DNA of 64,000 nucleotides from Mytilus californianus (Eukaryota): NCBI RefSeq assembly GCF_021869535.1, contig NW_026262581.1, positions 115,568,001 to 115,632,000 of the forward strand, read 5' to 3'. Shown piece by piece: positions 12,655 to 26,600 of this stretch (position 1 is its first letter; each line of letters starts with the position of its first letter). The notes under the pieces were generated by a model. It saw only the letters and a program-made list of their open reading frames with translations, ran no database searches and was not told where the DNA came from. The position numbers and the translations under genes were made by a program.

Positions 12655-13531
12655 TCATGGTGCACCGCCATGAACACAGAATGAGTTGTGTGCAGTAACT
12701 GTGGCTTCTGTACTGTGACAAACATATCCAGATTCACAGGGACACTCTATAACACGCAGGTTGGGATTACTTCTGGAGGTGGCGTCAGACGGGTCACATG
12801 ATTCTTGTTGTTTTCGAAGGGGTTGACATGTCCCAGCTGCCTCAAACAAGAACCGTTTTCTTTGGGATCCTTCCTTACAACATTCAGTTGGATTACAATC
12901 TGATGCTTTTCTGCATACTGTGGCCTGACCCACTGCAATCTGAACGCAGAAATTAAAGTATTTCATTAACAAATGTTAAGTGGATGCCGTTTTCACAATT
13001 GAACATTGGAAAAATATAATAGTGAATATCATGTGTTTCGTAAAAATCTATTTACTTTCTTATTTGCACAAAATATTTTAGCTTTACAAAAATAATAGTT
13101 GTGTTGCTGTCTTGTTTACTCCCCATATTTAGTTTTATTCACGCTCAAATTCTTAAATTATCCCTGTTACCCATGTGTTCACTGGCTTATTTCCAATTCT
13201 TCTTTTTTTCTGTGCTTTTTATTTATGCTTGAAGTTAACGGATTTTCAATTTTCGGCTTCTAGCGCCATTGACTATAGAAAAGTTAACTTCACTATGATT
13301 TCATACATGATAATTTGTTTTGTCGATGACAAGGTACATTATAAACCAAGTATTAGTATGTTTCCAAGTAAAGTATTTCAGATTAAAACCAGGCAACTGA
13401 AAATAGTGTCGAAATACTGAGTTAACATATAAAAACCATAGTCTATTACACAAATTAAGTTATAAAATGATGTTAAAATAATACTAACTTACCGTAGTAA
13501 TCGAAATTAAAAATACGAGAGAAGCTTTCAT
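12655..13531 (-). CDS. Secreted cysteine-rich prokineticin/astakine (colipase-fold)-like peptide, 107 aa; exons 13531..13493 and 12939..12655
   Basis: Signal peptide MKASLVFLISITT|IAVGQA is split by a phase-0 GT-AG intron. The mature part has 10 Cys in the C-x5-C-x4-CC...C...C...CPC...C...C pattern of the prokineticin/AVIT/Dkk-C2 domain. Confidence 0.85.
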
Positions 13532-14039
13532 GATGTCGTAGAACAGTGCCAATTCAATGATAAGATATATAGGTTCATCAAATGACGTAAAAGTTCATAA
13601 ATTTTGCGAAGGTTCCTTAACGTGCAGAGAGCGTGACAATTAGCCTACACGAAAATTCAAATTGAACATCCACATTCCGACTAGAAGTGGTTGTGAATTT
13701 ATACATCCTGCACAGTCAAACGGACGCCCCTTTTTAGCAAGAATTTTACTGTCGGACAGGAGAATAACAGGGGTGACCATATTTCTAATGCCGACAATTG
13801 AGATTACTATTAAGTGTTCATCTATTATTAGATATCTACTATCTGGTGAACTGATATATTTTCGAGTCACCTAAGTCTTCACTTATTACGGTTTTCATTT
13901 TCTACACATTAATGGCATTATCTTTATTTATTTGCATACAATATACTAACTATTTGATGATGGAAAATCAAGATAGTCTGTTGGCGCAATCTCATAATCG
14001 GGAGACATATTTCTTGATCTAGATAAAAGGGGTTATGTC

Positions 14040-14780
14040 ATAGAATTGAGAATGGAAACGGGTAAAGTGTCAAAGAGACAACAAAATCGACCAAAGAGCC
14101 GAAAACAGCCCAAGGACACAATGGGTCTTCAACTCAGCGAGAACGTCCCGCACATGGAGGCGGGATTCAGCTGGACCCTTAACAATAATGTATATTAGTT
14201 CAGCGAAATGGACGCCACACTTAACTTCGAAACATATTAATGAACAAAGATAAAAAAAACAACATACACGACTAACAAAGGCCAGAGGTTCCTGACTTTG
14301 GACAGACGCAAAAATTCGGCGGGGTTAACCATGTTTTGTGAAATCTCAACCATCCCCCTATATCTCTAGCCAATGTGGAATAAACCAATACATAGCAATA
14401 CGCACAGTAAAACTCAGTTTAAAAGAAGTCCGAGTCCGATATTAGAATAGGAAACAGAAGAAAAATGACAATGATCAACATAAATTAACAAAGGACTATT
14501 GGCAGTTGCTAACATGCCAGCTCCAGAGCTCTATTAAACTGATCGAAAGACTATGTCTTCATCATAAAATAAACAAGCATAATCCCTCCCGTTTGGGGTT
14601 TAGTATCATGCCATCATAAATAATACGAATAGATCAAAACTCGTATCATGCCAATAACGGGTTTAATGTGTTTATTTTCGATGCAAAGACCCTATTACTG
14701 AATCAACATTAATCCCAAAAAATGCCATCTTTAATGACTTGAAAACAGTATCGTAACTATATCCCTTCTGTATAAGTCTG
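14040..14780. repeat. Abundant interspersed repeat family (related copies near 10130, 11850-12230, 21830-22060, 26212, 41480, 48636, 55380)
   Basis: Shared motifs such as aatgagacaactctccac, cctgacttgggacaggc and ggcggggttaaacatg recur across the window. Confidence 0.6.
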
Positions 14781-15743
14781 TTTAAAGGTTTGGTTAGCTT
14801 TTGAGGTGATTGACGACATTTTTGTGCTTTGTATAGAATATTACCATAAAAGATGGGATGTGAAATACCTTAACGTATAAGATGTCTGCACGTTGATTTA
14901 TATTTTCATACACACCAACATTGAGAATATTGTTTTTCCCTTTCATTATCAGTTGTCTATCTTTGGGTATGTTAATATATCTATATGATACCTACTAATT
15001 GATTTCGTCGTATTTTCTAGCGATAAGTTTTTTTGTTTTTTTTTCAAAATAAGTGACATATATCTGATTTGCTGATGTTTGGCTTTTATTTGATATCTCA
15101 ACGTTCCTTCGTACATTTTCATTCCTTAACATTCCGGTATTAGGACTGGATGAATGACATTTACCGATGGTTTAATATATTAATCTCGTTAGGAAAGTCT
15201 ATAGGGACATTTATCAATCAGCTTTTGTATGGCGTCTTATAATATGACTCGACATTTGCATGTGTTTCACTAGTAGAGCATGAATTCCTTCTTTATTTGT
15301 CATGTTGTCAATATTTTTTTCTGACATATCCGATTTCGATCGCTTCTTCTTATCTTCTAACTTTATGTACACTTTTTGCTTTACATGCCTGCGACTTGAT
15401 TCAAATAAACTAATTCTCTCATTTTCTGCTTGTCTTTACATAATGTGGCATTCGATTGAATAGCCTCCACCATGTTCTGTGTAATCAAGCAACAACCGCT
15501 ACGACCATTTGGTGGCAGTATAAACATTTAATATTGATTCCTGTGCATACGACATGTATATTTGATACAACTATTATCAGGTACGATAGAAATCAAAGGT
15601 TTCACTAGCCAAGTGTATATAATGCATCTGAAATCCTCAAAACTATGAAGGATCTAAATTGAACAGCCAACCTTATCTTAAAGTGTAGCAACTCTACTTC
15701 AGTGACATAATTGCTTAACTGCGGTAATCAGGATGTATCATAA

Positions 15744-15972
15744 AAAGTAAAATAACAAAAATACCGAACTCCTAGAAAAATTCAAAACGGAAAGTCCCTT
15801 ATCAAATGGCAAAATCAAAAGCTCAAACACATCAAACGAATGGAAAACAACTGTCATATTCCTGACTTGGTACAGGCATTTCCTTATGTAGAAAATGGTG
15901 GATTAAACCTGGTTTTATAGCTAGCTAAACCTCTCACTTGTATGACAATCGCATAATATTCCATTATATTGA
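15744..15972. repeat. Solo copy of the PLE 3'-terminal repeat seen at 1..235
   Basis: Near-identical to the start of the window (aaaagtaaaataacaaaaataccgaactcc...ccattatattgac). Confidence 0.85.
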
Positions 15973-16399
15973 CATTTAAATATTGCAAGTAGCATTGCAA
16001 CCGCTAAAATAGAGGCGGAAGATATCAAAGAGAGAATCAATAATTATGAGTGGGAGAGAGACTGGCAAAATAGTGTAAAAACAACCCCACGAAAAGCCAC
16101 TAAAAGACAAGGAACAGTCTACAAACTACTACATAAAGTTACTAGCTACTTGGTGACTGGTACTATGAAGGACTGACACTCCATCATTAGCTGTACAAAA
16201 ATACTATTTATTATGTTCTACTTTTTAATAAGAAAGAGTCAGTCAAACTGGTGCTATATTTAATGATATATTTATAGTTTTATCGGTGTGATTACACCAG
16301 ATTAAGAGTTTACTAAGTTTTTATTTTCTTTCGTTATTTCTACATTAATTTTGTGTTTTTTCCATAATTTCTGTGCTGGATCACATCCATAGATACAGG

Positions 16400-17560
16400 T
16401 AAACAATCTGAAATTAGAAATCAATTAAAAAGATATTTTATCGATCTAAAATCTAAAATTATACTCGACATATAGCATAAATCGTCATGGTATGGCTCTC
16501 TCCAACAAATTTTAAAAACTCTTCCTGGGTTTGCAAACCTAAATGATGGGAAAAATATTTCAAAAAATACCATCAGGAAAATATTGAAAGAGACATGCAT
16601 AAACATTTGGAAGGATCAACTGACCAAGAATTTAGAAGGGAAGCTCCGCACTTATGTAAAATTTAAGAATAATTATGGTTTCGAAAAATATCTAAATATC
16701 ATGTCCAATTTTGAACTTAGAAGATCATTAACAAAATTTAGGGTGTCATCTCACCATTTGCAGATTGAAATAGGACGATACCAGGGTACTCCTCCACACC
16801 TTAGACTATGTCAGCAGTGTAACTCTGGTAATATTGAAGATGAAGTTCATTTTCTCTTTTATTGCACAAAATATAACGAAGACAGACACCATTTATATCA
16901 CATTATTTTGGAATCATGTCCCAATTTCATTAACTTAACTTCCCAAGAGAAATTGCTATGGCTGCTGTCTTGTGAGAACTTAACTGTATTAAAAGAGTTG
17001 TGTATATTCCTGGTTAAAGACAGCAAATATCAGATTTATATGACATGTTTCGCATAATTAGCAATTGTTGTTATTCAAAAAAAAATAATAATTATTATTT
17101 GTTAATTAACCGGATTCAGTTTCTCTATTTATTTTGTTCATCTGCTTCTGACACGGGGAGGATTGCTGTTATTGCCTGTCGCAATCAACAATATATCCTA
17201 GAGCACCGTCCCTTGGTGTCTCCTGTAGATGAACAAATTTCCATCTTTATAGATAATAATTTCAGTTTGTTCAAACTTTATTATTAATATTTTTTTTTTT
17301 TTTTTTATTTTTATTTTTCCACTGCTGGACATAGAAATAATAATGGTAAAAAGGAAGGAAGGAAAAAAATGCTCAAAAGTACTTTTAATGTATTTTTGTT
17401 ATTAATGCTATTTTCATTTGTCTATAATTATAATATCTGTCACTTTATATACTGTACAATGTCTCATGTTTGTTGCTTATACTATCATAATTGTTAATTG
17501 TAAATGCCCCCTGTGGGACCCTGATTGGAATAATAAAAAAAAAGTATTTGATTTGATTTA
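16400..17560 (+). mobile_element. 5'-truncated LINE (CR1/L2-group type) 3' end
   Basis: ORF 16584..17057 reads KLRTYVKFK...EKYL...TKFRVSSHHLQIEIGRY...RLCQQC...EDEVHFLFYC, the C-terminal zinc-knuckle region of LINE ORF2. It ends in aataaaaaaaaagtatttgatttgattt, a short-repeat tail. Confidence 0.8.
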
Positions 17561-18040
17561 TAGTTCAGAAAATATAAAAGATAAAAGCATGCGTCTTTAA
17601 ATTAAGACTATCATGTATCATTATCGATGTCACACGAGCAGGGTATTTTTTTTTTACTTGAGCACCTGAACTCAGTCTTGCAGATAAAAGAGTAAGTGTA
17701 ATGAACTCTAAATAAGCCAAATTTAGAATTGGATAAAGAACTTGCAAATTTTGTATAATTTTCTCTATTTAGTAAGTAAGTTACTATGTGTATCGATATT
17801 TTTATAGAACTTTGACATTTTCCTCTCATGTGCAGTTTTTTTTTTTCTTTCCTTTTTTTTTCTTTTTGCATTGTTGTTTGTGAAAGTGATGGTTGTCGTA
17901 TGCAAATAACAGAATTATCTTGAATACCAATACCATACTTCCTTCCGTATCTTTTACCTATGCAATGTGTAATTCCGTTCTAAAATGCAGTCTAAAAAAA
18001 TCTACTGATCTTTTGTTTAATTCAGCACAATCGGCTTGTA

Positions 18041-21000
18041 TTAATGTTTAACTGATTTCAAATCTACAAACGTTTTCTTTTCAATTTTTACTTCCGTACA
18101 AGATCGCCTAAATAAGACATTTCTTCAAGTCAAAATACAGAGCTAACAACTATAATAGTCCTGTGCAATTAAAACATTACATAAATATGTATGAAGCATT
18201 CATTGCAAAAAATGCTAAATGGAAAAAAAGGTGATAACTTGTAATGACTTACAGTGCCATCAATGAAGATAGTAACACTAGTCCACCCATTACCAGAAAC
18301 ACCATGCCTTTAAAAATGGGTCGTGTTTGTTTATATACGTCAGAAAATGCAGCTACACCAATTACTCTTACTGCTGAATCTAATACTGCCATATTTGAAA
18401 ATAGAACACCTGTTAGATAGTATAAATAAAAGTATTTACTTGTGAATGTTTTTTTTTTATTCTGTCCACTTGCATAAAATCTTGTCATTTTAAATTTAAA
18501 AATTTATCCTTCTGTTTAGAAATTAAATCAAAGTACTGAAATACTGAACATCGGATGACCGCAAGTTCTTGTGGATTATCAAAAGCACTTGTCACAGAAA
18601 AAAATCACATCTCTATACCTGAAACTGAGGTTAATGTACAGAGATTTTTTTTCTGAGGCAAGATCGTGCGTGGATGATGAATAAATGACATAAAATTCAA
18701 CCTTACCGTAATAACTATTATATTGTAGTGATACAAATCAGTATACATTGGTTTGTTGTTACGTTTTATATTAATATAACAGTTACATGTATATATAATT
18801 TTCATCCATTTGTATATCATTCTAGTCTACTAATCTAATAGGAGTGCAGTGCATGTGCATGGTGGACACTCTTCTGTAAAAATTCGATTTTTCTAAAAGA
18901 TTGAATATGAGTAGTCATTCATATTTTCCCGCAAAAACAATCTTCAATGCAGAGTTACCGGTCCTTGTCGGGATTGTCGCAAAAAGTATTTGAGATATTC
19001 TTCCGCATGCTTTACCATATCAATGATTTTTACTTATATATATATATCTAACGACAAAACATTTTCATATTATTAACTTATGTTCTAAACAAAAATATTG
19101 GTGTCAGTATTCATTGAAGAGATGTATTTATAACAAACGATAAGGAATTTTATTTTGCACTCGTTAATATCCGTGTATTTATCATGTTTATAGATCGGTT
19201 ACAAAGCCAAACCGAAAGTTACGTAAATGGAAATCTAGGCGATAGCAATACATCGGAATGCCCTCATGGTCATCGCGATGTAAAAAAAAAGTCAAATGTG
19301 TCTCTCTTAAACCTTTCCGATCGTTTAACTCAGATAGATGAACAATTATTTCCTAAACATTTAGTAGAAACAAATTAATTTAAGTGTTGTAAGATGGAAA
19401 TTAGAAAATTTCTGCATTTCAGCAGTCTTGTTGTTTCATTGGACGAAAGCAACCCAAATTGAATGTTAGGCCGTATTATGCAATTAAATGATGGTATATG
19501 GTCCATATACCATTTGGTAAAACATTCACAATGTCTTAATATTTTGACGTCACATTTAAGTTCGACTGCTGGGTCGCTTAATACAATTTTCTAATGGGTC
19601 CCATATATTCCCAAATATTATTTGTAGTCACAACATAACTAATTTAACTGCTGGTAACCGAGAATGAATTTGAAATTATTTCATTACCCGTTCTCTCATA
19701 TTGTTTATTTGATTATTTACTAAATAGTGTAGTAAAGGTTCAGTATGATCATCTGTTTACCTTGTTTATCAGAATTGACTTTTCTGGATAGTATTGCGTT
19801 TATTATGGTTTCTCCACTGTCTCTTATTACTCCAATTCCAATAACTAAAAATAAACAAAATATGTGTATGAGAACAATATACATTGTGTAAGTTCTAATG
19901 GACGATGAAATATATAGTAATTTATTTTTAAGATTTTGCATGGACGTTGACTTAATTCAAGATTAATAAAATAAACAGACCAAAATACAAAGGTCTGTGC
20001 TGCACTACATTTTCGAAAACGCAAACATGACGATGCTTGTTCATACTTTCAATGATACGTACTATCAGAACTAAATTTTAAACATCCAAACGTCTTGAGT
20101 TCTGTGTATTTAGTCTACAAGACCACGTTTTAAGAGTTTTTTTTTCAAAACTGGCCTAGTGAAGGAGTACAGATATAGCTTAAGACCACGCAATGGTATT
20201 CATTTAACCTATATTTACCTGTATATAGCATCCAGCTATTCATTGCAAGACCATATGCCATATAACAGACTATAGATGATATATTACTGACTTGTAGTAT
20301 TATTTCATCAGGTGTACACCGATGTAATATAGCTATGATCAATGGTGCAAAGATGCACTCAGCAATTGATAAACCTGCTCCATACCATCCTATACGTTCT
20401 GAACTCCAACAAAACGGCCAACCTAACTTATAAAGATTGCTAATTGGTGCGTATGCAGTTCCTGATAGTTTTAGTAGGATAAAAACAAACAGCCACGAGA
20501 AAATATGTTTCCTGTTTCCTATGTTTGCGTCTGTTATCATCGACCAGATTTGAGATTTCAGTGAAACAGAACAAACCTTTACGTTATGTTTGGCTGGTTT
20601 AGGCCTTTGTTCCTTGAGAAATACAATTATAGATGTATTAAGAATCAAAAGAATACCAGCACAAATAAAATACTGTGGTATGTATCCAAAATAATGAATG
20701 GAATAACCCGTTATAATCTGTGCTATAAAGAAACCAATGCCATTTGCGCATGTATAAAGAATCATCACGAATGATCTTTGTTTATCCTTTGAAGTAGTGT
20801 CAGCCATTATGCCTGACGAAGCAAGGTCGTATGTATAGTGTGTCCCCGAGAGACCATTGAATACAGACGATATTAAGACCAGATACACATTCATGCTGTT
20901 GTAAACTACATATGTTCTGATACTCATGCCTATCAGCAGCATTGATACATTCCATACAAGTAAGAATTTTCTACCAATTCTATCAGTCATTGGTCCTAAT

Positions 21001-21347
21001 ACGATCATTATCATGACGGAAATTCCCGAACTTATCATTTCGGAATACTGGTTTATCGTTGTAGCCTTACTTTGGGCTTTAGATTCTAAGGAATTTGATG
21101 ATTTGTTTCCCACCTGACAACTCTCAATCTCTATGCTCCTATTTTCTGTTGATACTGTACTGCCATTGGTAAATGTGTCATTTAATAAATGTTGTTTTAC
21201 AAAGTGATAAATATACTGTCCATCGTTCACGGATGACATTTCAGATTGAAATCCAGAGAGCATTTTGAAAATAAAAAGTTGAACCCATATTCGTGTTAAG
21301 ATTTTTCCGGTTGCATTTTGATGAATTAAGCTCTCTTTTTCGTCCAT
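18041..21347 (-). CDS. SLC46 family MFS transporter (PCFT/SLC46A3-like), copy A, 478 aa; exons 21347..20219, 19844..19761, 18409..18253, 18107..18041
   Basis: Motifs GPMTDRIGRK (MFS motif A), GLSGT, MADTT and PFCWSSE. All four exons have GT-AG borders with phases 1/1/2 that give one open frame of 1437 nt. Confidence 0.9.
18526..19144. repeat. About 620-bp interspersed repeat in intron 2 of SLC46 copy A; inverted copy at 43077..43675
   Basis: Reverse-complement similarity along the whole length (e.g. gaacttgcggtcatccgatgttcagta, gagtgtccaccatgcac, gcggaagaatatctcaa). Confidence 0.8.
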
Positions 21348-22099
21348 TCCTAACTGATCGAAAATTGTTTACTACATGAAGTTCATTATCCTTTCCGTTT
21401 ATTTATATCAAACCATGACAATTACAAATAATTTTATCTAATAAAGTCTTATGAGAGATGGTGTTGTTTACAATTAACAATCACGTGTATATTTAGTACA
21501 CAAAAGAGTATATAAATAATATTAGATTTAAGATGAAGATATCTTCGTAGGATATACAATATGAAAATCCCACATTATAAATTTGGCGTTTCCGTAGTGT
21601 TTTTCAGGATTTACCGTAATCAGGAACGGTCAAAACCAAAACATTTGAAAGCCAAGGACGTATAAGTATTCGGATACATGAGGAGCTATATGGCATAAAG
21701 GGACCGAAAGTGTCGTTTTATTCCTCTACCTAATTTCACATTCTGTTCTTATGTTGTGTTGTTACACCGCTGTCCCAAGTTAAGACATGTTTCATCCCGT
21801 CACATTCTGTATGTGTTTGTCCCAATTCAGTGGTTGTTGTTGGTAGCAGTTTATTTTTTCGTTTATTGTATTGTACATGAATCGGGCAATTTTATCGTTC
21901 GAATTGTTTTACATTTTGCCATGTCGATTCTTTTATAGCTTACTATGCGGTATGGTTTTTGTACATTGTTGAAGATGATAACCTAGCAATAGTTGATTAC
22001 GTCTTTTTCGTTGTCTCTGGTGGATAGTTGTCACATTGGCAATCATACCACATGTTCTAATTTGTATACTAACAAGAATGGCCTAATCCATATAAACAA

Positions 22100-22410
22100 A
22101 CTCATCATAAATACCAGGATTAAAAGTTTGTACGCCAGACGGACGTTTCGTCTACAAAAGACTCATTAGTGAGGCTTGAATGAAAAAAGTTAAAAAATAT
22201 CAAAAATATCAAAATATAAAATACGAAATTGAAGAGCATTTAGGACTTAGAAATCCGAAAGGCTTTGCCAAATACAGCTAAGGGAAAATCAACTTTGCCT
22301 TCTGGAGATGAAACATAAGTTGCTAATTTATCAACGGAAAATTTAAGAAAAGGTTGTTATAAATTATGTCAATACTGAGGCACTAATTACTGAGCTGATG
22401 GTACCCTCGG
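22100..22410 (-). mobile_element. Second copy of the hammerhead-bearing interspersed repeat
   Basis: Minus strand 22132..22175 reads gcctca-CTAATGA-gtct-tttgt-agac-GAAA-cgtcc-GTC-tggcgt. Confidence 0.65.
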
Positions 22411-23602
22411 AGAATAACAACTTATATGTTAATATCAAATGGTACAAATGTATCATAGCCGTTGATGACACAACAAAATTATCAATAAACTCGTTTGTTT
22501 TTGCGTTTGGGCTTAATGTCTTTTAATACGGAATATTTGATATTTCAGTGGATTATATCAACTTGCTTTTCATCAAACTGGAAGCTTTTCTTTTTATTCA
22601 TGTTGCTCTTTTAGCCATGACTTGGGTAGTGAATGATGTTTGTGCTTTTACAACTTGCAAATCAGTTGAAAAATCATTCTTGTGAATATGAATAAAATAT
22701 TGTCCCAATGAGACAGTAATCCAACGACAAAAATAATCAGAAAAGATCTAGAGGACAGACTAGCTCGAATTCGTCACAAGTCTTTATTTTTTAAAGTTGA
22801 AAATAAATTAAACATTACTATCAAAGATCTGCCATTAGAATCGTTCAAAAGAATAAAAGAAAAACAATTAGGATTTGATACAAGACACCCGCTGACGAGG
22901 TTCCTGACTTGGTAAAAGAACAGGATTTGTTTTCACCTTGTTCACAGATAAGTAGTTTTTGGTGACATTTAACAAATACATAAAAAAATATGAATTAAAA
23001 ATGCCAAAAGTAGTCATCTTCCTTTTTGCACATGGACTTTGTAGATGGCAATTAATTTACTTGATATCATTCCCACTTCCGGCAAAAAAATACAATTAAT
23101 TAAAAGTCTAGATGATATGTTACCAATAATGTATCCGACACTAGGGTGTCAAATTAAATATTAGCACTTTACTACTATAATGACAGTTATTTTCAAATAG
23201 ACATGGACACTAATGGTTTGATAGGGTATAGGAAAATGGATCCTACCTATTAAAACGGTTATTTTTTTTTCTTGTTCTAAATAAGCATGACATATTGGCC
23301 ACAAGAAGTTAACCAAATAACATTATATAAGACGATTTTGATTGACGTAACAAATATTACATTTCCGAGCCTTTATATCTTCTGATAGCTCAGAACCAAG
23401 AAGAATTAAAATATAAATCTGGTTGAAAAAAATTTCCTTAGAAAATTTTTTTTTTTTTAAATCCAATAATTTGAAGTTGGTGGTCTTTCGGTTCCCTTTA
23501 CCTAAATTCGGGGTTTACACCAGCCACATGAAATTTGTTTAATTATGAAATATCAATCTTTTTATTCTACTAAGAAATATTGTGGAGAAATATTTTAAAT
23601 TG

Positions 23603-26600
23603 TCAAGTTGACTTATTTGATTTTTGAATGTTTGGTCTTTCGATGACTATCTCGGTTTGATCTTTTGATGCAACTTTCGCACACTTTATAAATCTGAAAA
23701 AGAAAACAAAACTACCATGTGATTTCTACTACACTAGGTAATGATTAGTCTGAATTACTCAAGCTTTTAAAATATCTGCATATGAAACATAATATCAAAA
23801 ATAAGATTTTTCAAATAAAAAATGCAGTTTTCCATGCCTTGTTACATTGTACTTTGAAACAATGCATTGTTATTTGGGCGTGGTTGAAGACATCTTCGAA
23901 AGTTATGATACCAAACGTTGATAAAACGTTCTCTCTTTGTGACAGGGTTATTCAGCATTATCTGATGCAGATTCTTAGAATCATTGTCGACAACCTCTCA
24001 TCAAATGCTTTAGGACAAACACATCATATATATTGACAAAAGTATGAAGACAAGGTGACAATCAAAATCATAATTCGAGGGACCGACAACACAATGGTCA
24101 AAAGACTAAAGAAAAACAGCAGTTCATAAATCACTACATAGAAAATGAACGATTGAGAAATGCCTAATGTTGTTGATCTCCGGCGCTCTAGAAAGGATAT
24201 TAATTATTGGTGGCACTCATGGTAGTTGCGTTGTACTCGATTGTTGTTTCTGTGATTAACGTTTCAAGTATTTTTAATGATAAAAGTTTATAAAATCCAA
24301 ATGAAATATAACACTTGGAATACAAAATAAAAAGATTGCCTTATATAACCTATTTTCAAAAACATGACATAAAATGAATATTTTAAGCAACTTACATCCT
24401 CATCATAATGAGAGCTAATAAGGGAAATCCAGCCATTACAAAGAATACGAATCCTTTGTAGAATGTTACTGTTAGGTGGTAGATGTTATTGAATAAGGTA
24501 GATGCACAAACTTGACATACGGTTTCTATCAGATATATATTAGAAAACAGCGCTCCTGAAATAAAAAATATTACGAGTTCTTAAAAGGGTTACAATTCAC
24601 AAAATATGGAGTCTTTACAAACATATTTTCATATCAAGGTTGTTTTTCTTACATTATGAAATTGAGCCGAAATGATATATACAATAATACACCTGGAAAA
24701 TAGTATCGCACTACCCTATTTTTCGCACAAACTAGAATGTAACAACATATAATATTTTTTATGGCCTCGAAAGTATCTAAACAAGGCCATTCTGTTATTG
24801 ACAAGACCACAAGCAAGGTTAAAAAAACCGACAAATTTAATTAACTCCATTTTTGGCAAACAAGAGGATGTGTTGGGTATAAAAATGGACAATTTTTAAC
24901 TCTGGATGCTTAAACAGAGAAAACACGATTCCCTTTGTTTGGAAAACAAAAATAATTGTCAGTGGTAACAATAAACACAACAAAATTTCGATACAGAGAA
25001 AAAAACACTTTAACACGAATCATCGATGCTAAACGTTCTTACATTTAATGGATCAAATGAGGAATGTGTCGTGGTGGTAGTGAAAGCAATTCCTTTTTGC
25101 AAAGCTTGAGATAAATGATAGAGATTCTGAACTATTGATATTCTCTCGCGTACCAATTGTGTCCTTGATATGCTCAATCGATATCTCTAGCTTTGTTCAT
25201 CTTGAATTGCAATCTCTTTGTTTTCTTCGTGTACCACTCATCTCATACCTTGTCGCACCACTCATCTTGTTTATCTTGATGTACCATTTAACCATGTTTA
25301 TCTGTATGTACCACACCCCTTGCTAATCTTGCCTTACCACTCAGCATGTTCATCTTGGTGTACTAACTTTGTTTCTCTTGATTTACCTCTCATTTTGTGT
25401 ATCTTGACGTATCACCTACCTAGTTTATCTAAGTGCCCCATTCACCTTGTTTATTTTGTTATACCATTCGCCTTGTTGATCTCGTTGCATCACTAGCCTG
25501 GTCTATCTTGACTTACGACTTAACGTGTTTATCTTAGTGTACCACTTACCTTGTTTATCTGGATGTACAACTCTGGATAAGATGGCTTTAATTAACGGTA
25601 TTGGTAGAATTTTCAAAATACCAGCTGCTGCAGCTACAAAATACAATACAGGTGTTACTAATGGAAAAAATAGTCAATTGGTGCTTTTTTATATCAAAGA
25701 AATAAAATACAATGTCGACAAATACTGTAGATTGCTTATTACCAAAACGGTAAAACTATTGACAAAAACACGCATATTCCATTTTCTCGATTACTACCTT
25801 TAATGTGATATGCAGTTTTCATTTTAACCAAATAAAGAAATGTTCGTTATTGTGTGTTTTATGTAATTCACATTTTGCCATTACGTCGTCAGATCTTTTA
25901 AGTACCGAACGTGACTTATTCCCGATTGTGACTGTTTTACGGAGTGTGAATTCGCATTGCTATAAGACGTGTCACGGTATTTTTCTATCCAAAATCCATG
26001 AATTTAGTTTTGATGTTATATTTGTTAATCTCATCGGATTTTGTCAAATGTCTTATCGTTTGTAGTTGTATATCTTATTTTTTTCTGTTCTATTCGTGTG
26101 TTTCGGTAAAGATAATTAATAACCCAGTTCATTTATAAGATTTTAGTTTGGTTCAACTAAATTTATACGATGTATTTGGTTTACAGTTTGATTTAGAAGA
26201 AATACCGACATATAGATATAAGAAGATGTGGTATGAGTGCCAATGAGAAAACTCTCCATCCAAGTCAAAATCTATAAAAGTAAACCATATTAGGTCAAAG
26301 TACGGTCTTCAACACGGAGCCTTGGCTCACACCGAACAGTAAGCTATAAAGGGCCCCAAAAATTACTAGTGTAAAACCATTCAAACGTTAAAACCAACGG
26401 TATAATCTATATAAAAAACGAGAAACACTTATGAACCACATCAACAAACGACAACTACTGAACATCAGATTCCTGACTTAGGACAGGTGCAAACAAATGC
26501 AGCGGGTTTAAACGTTTAAATGGTACCAAACCTTCACCCTTTTTCTGAAACAATAGTGTAACATCACAACATAGAAAGACACACTATAAAATATCAACTG

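Noticed and set aside
22890-22915. CTGACGA motifs here and at about 56013 as additional hammerhead cores
   Set aside because: No stem II followed by GAAA and no NUH triplet in the right geometry.
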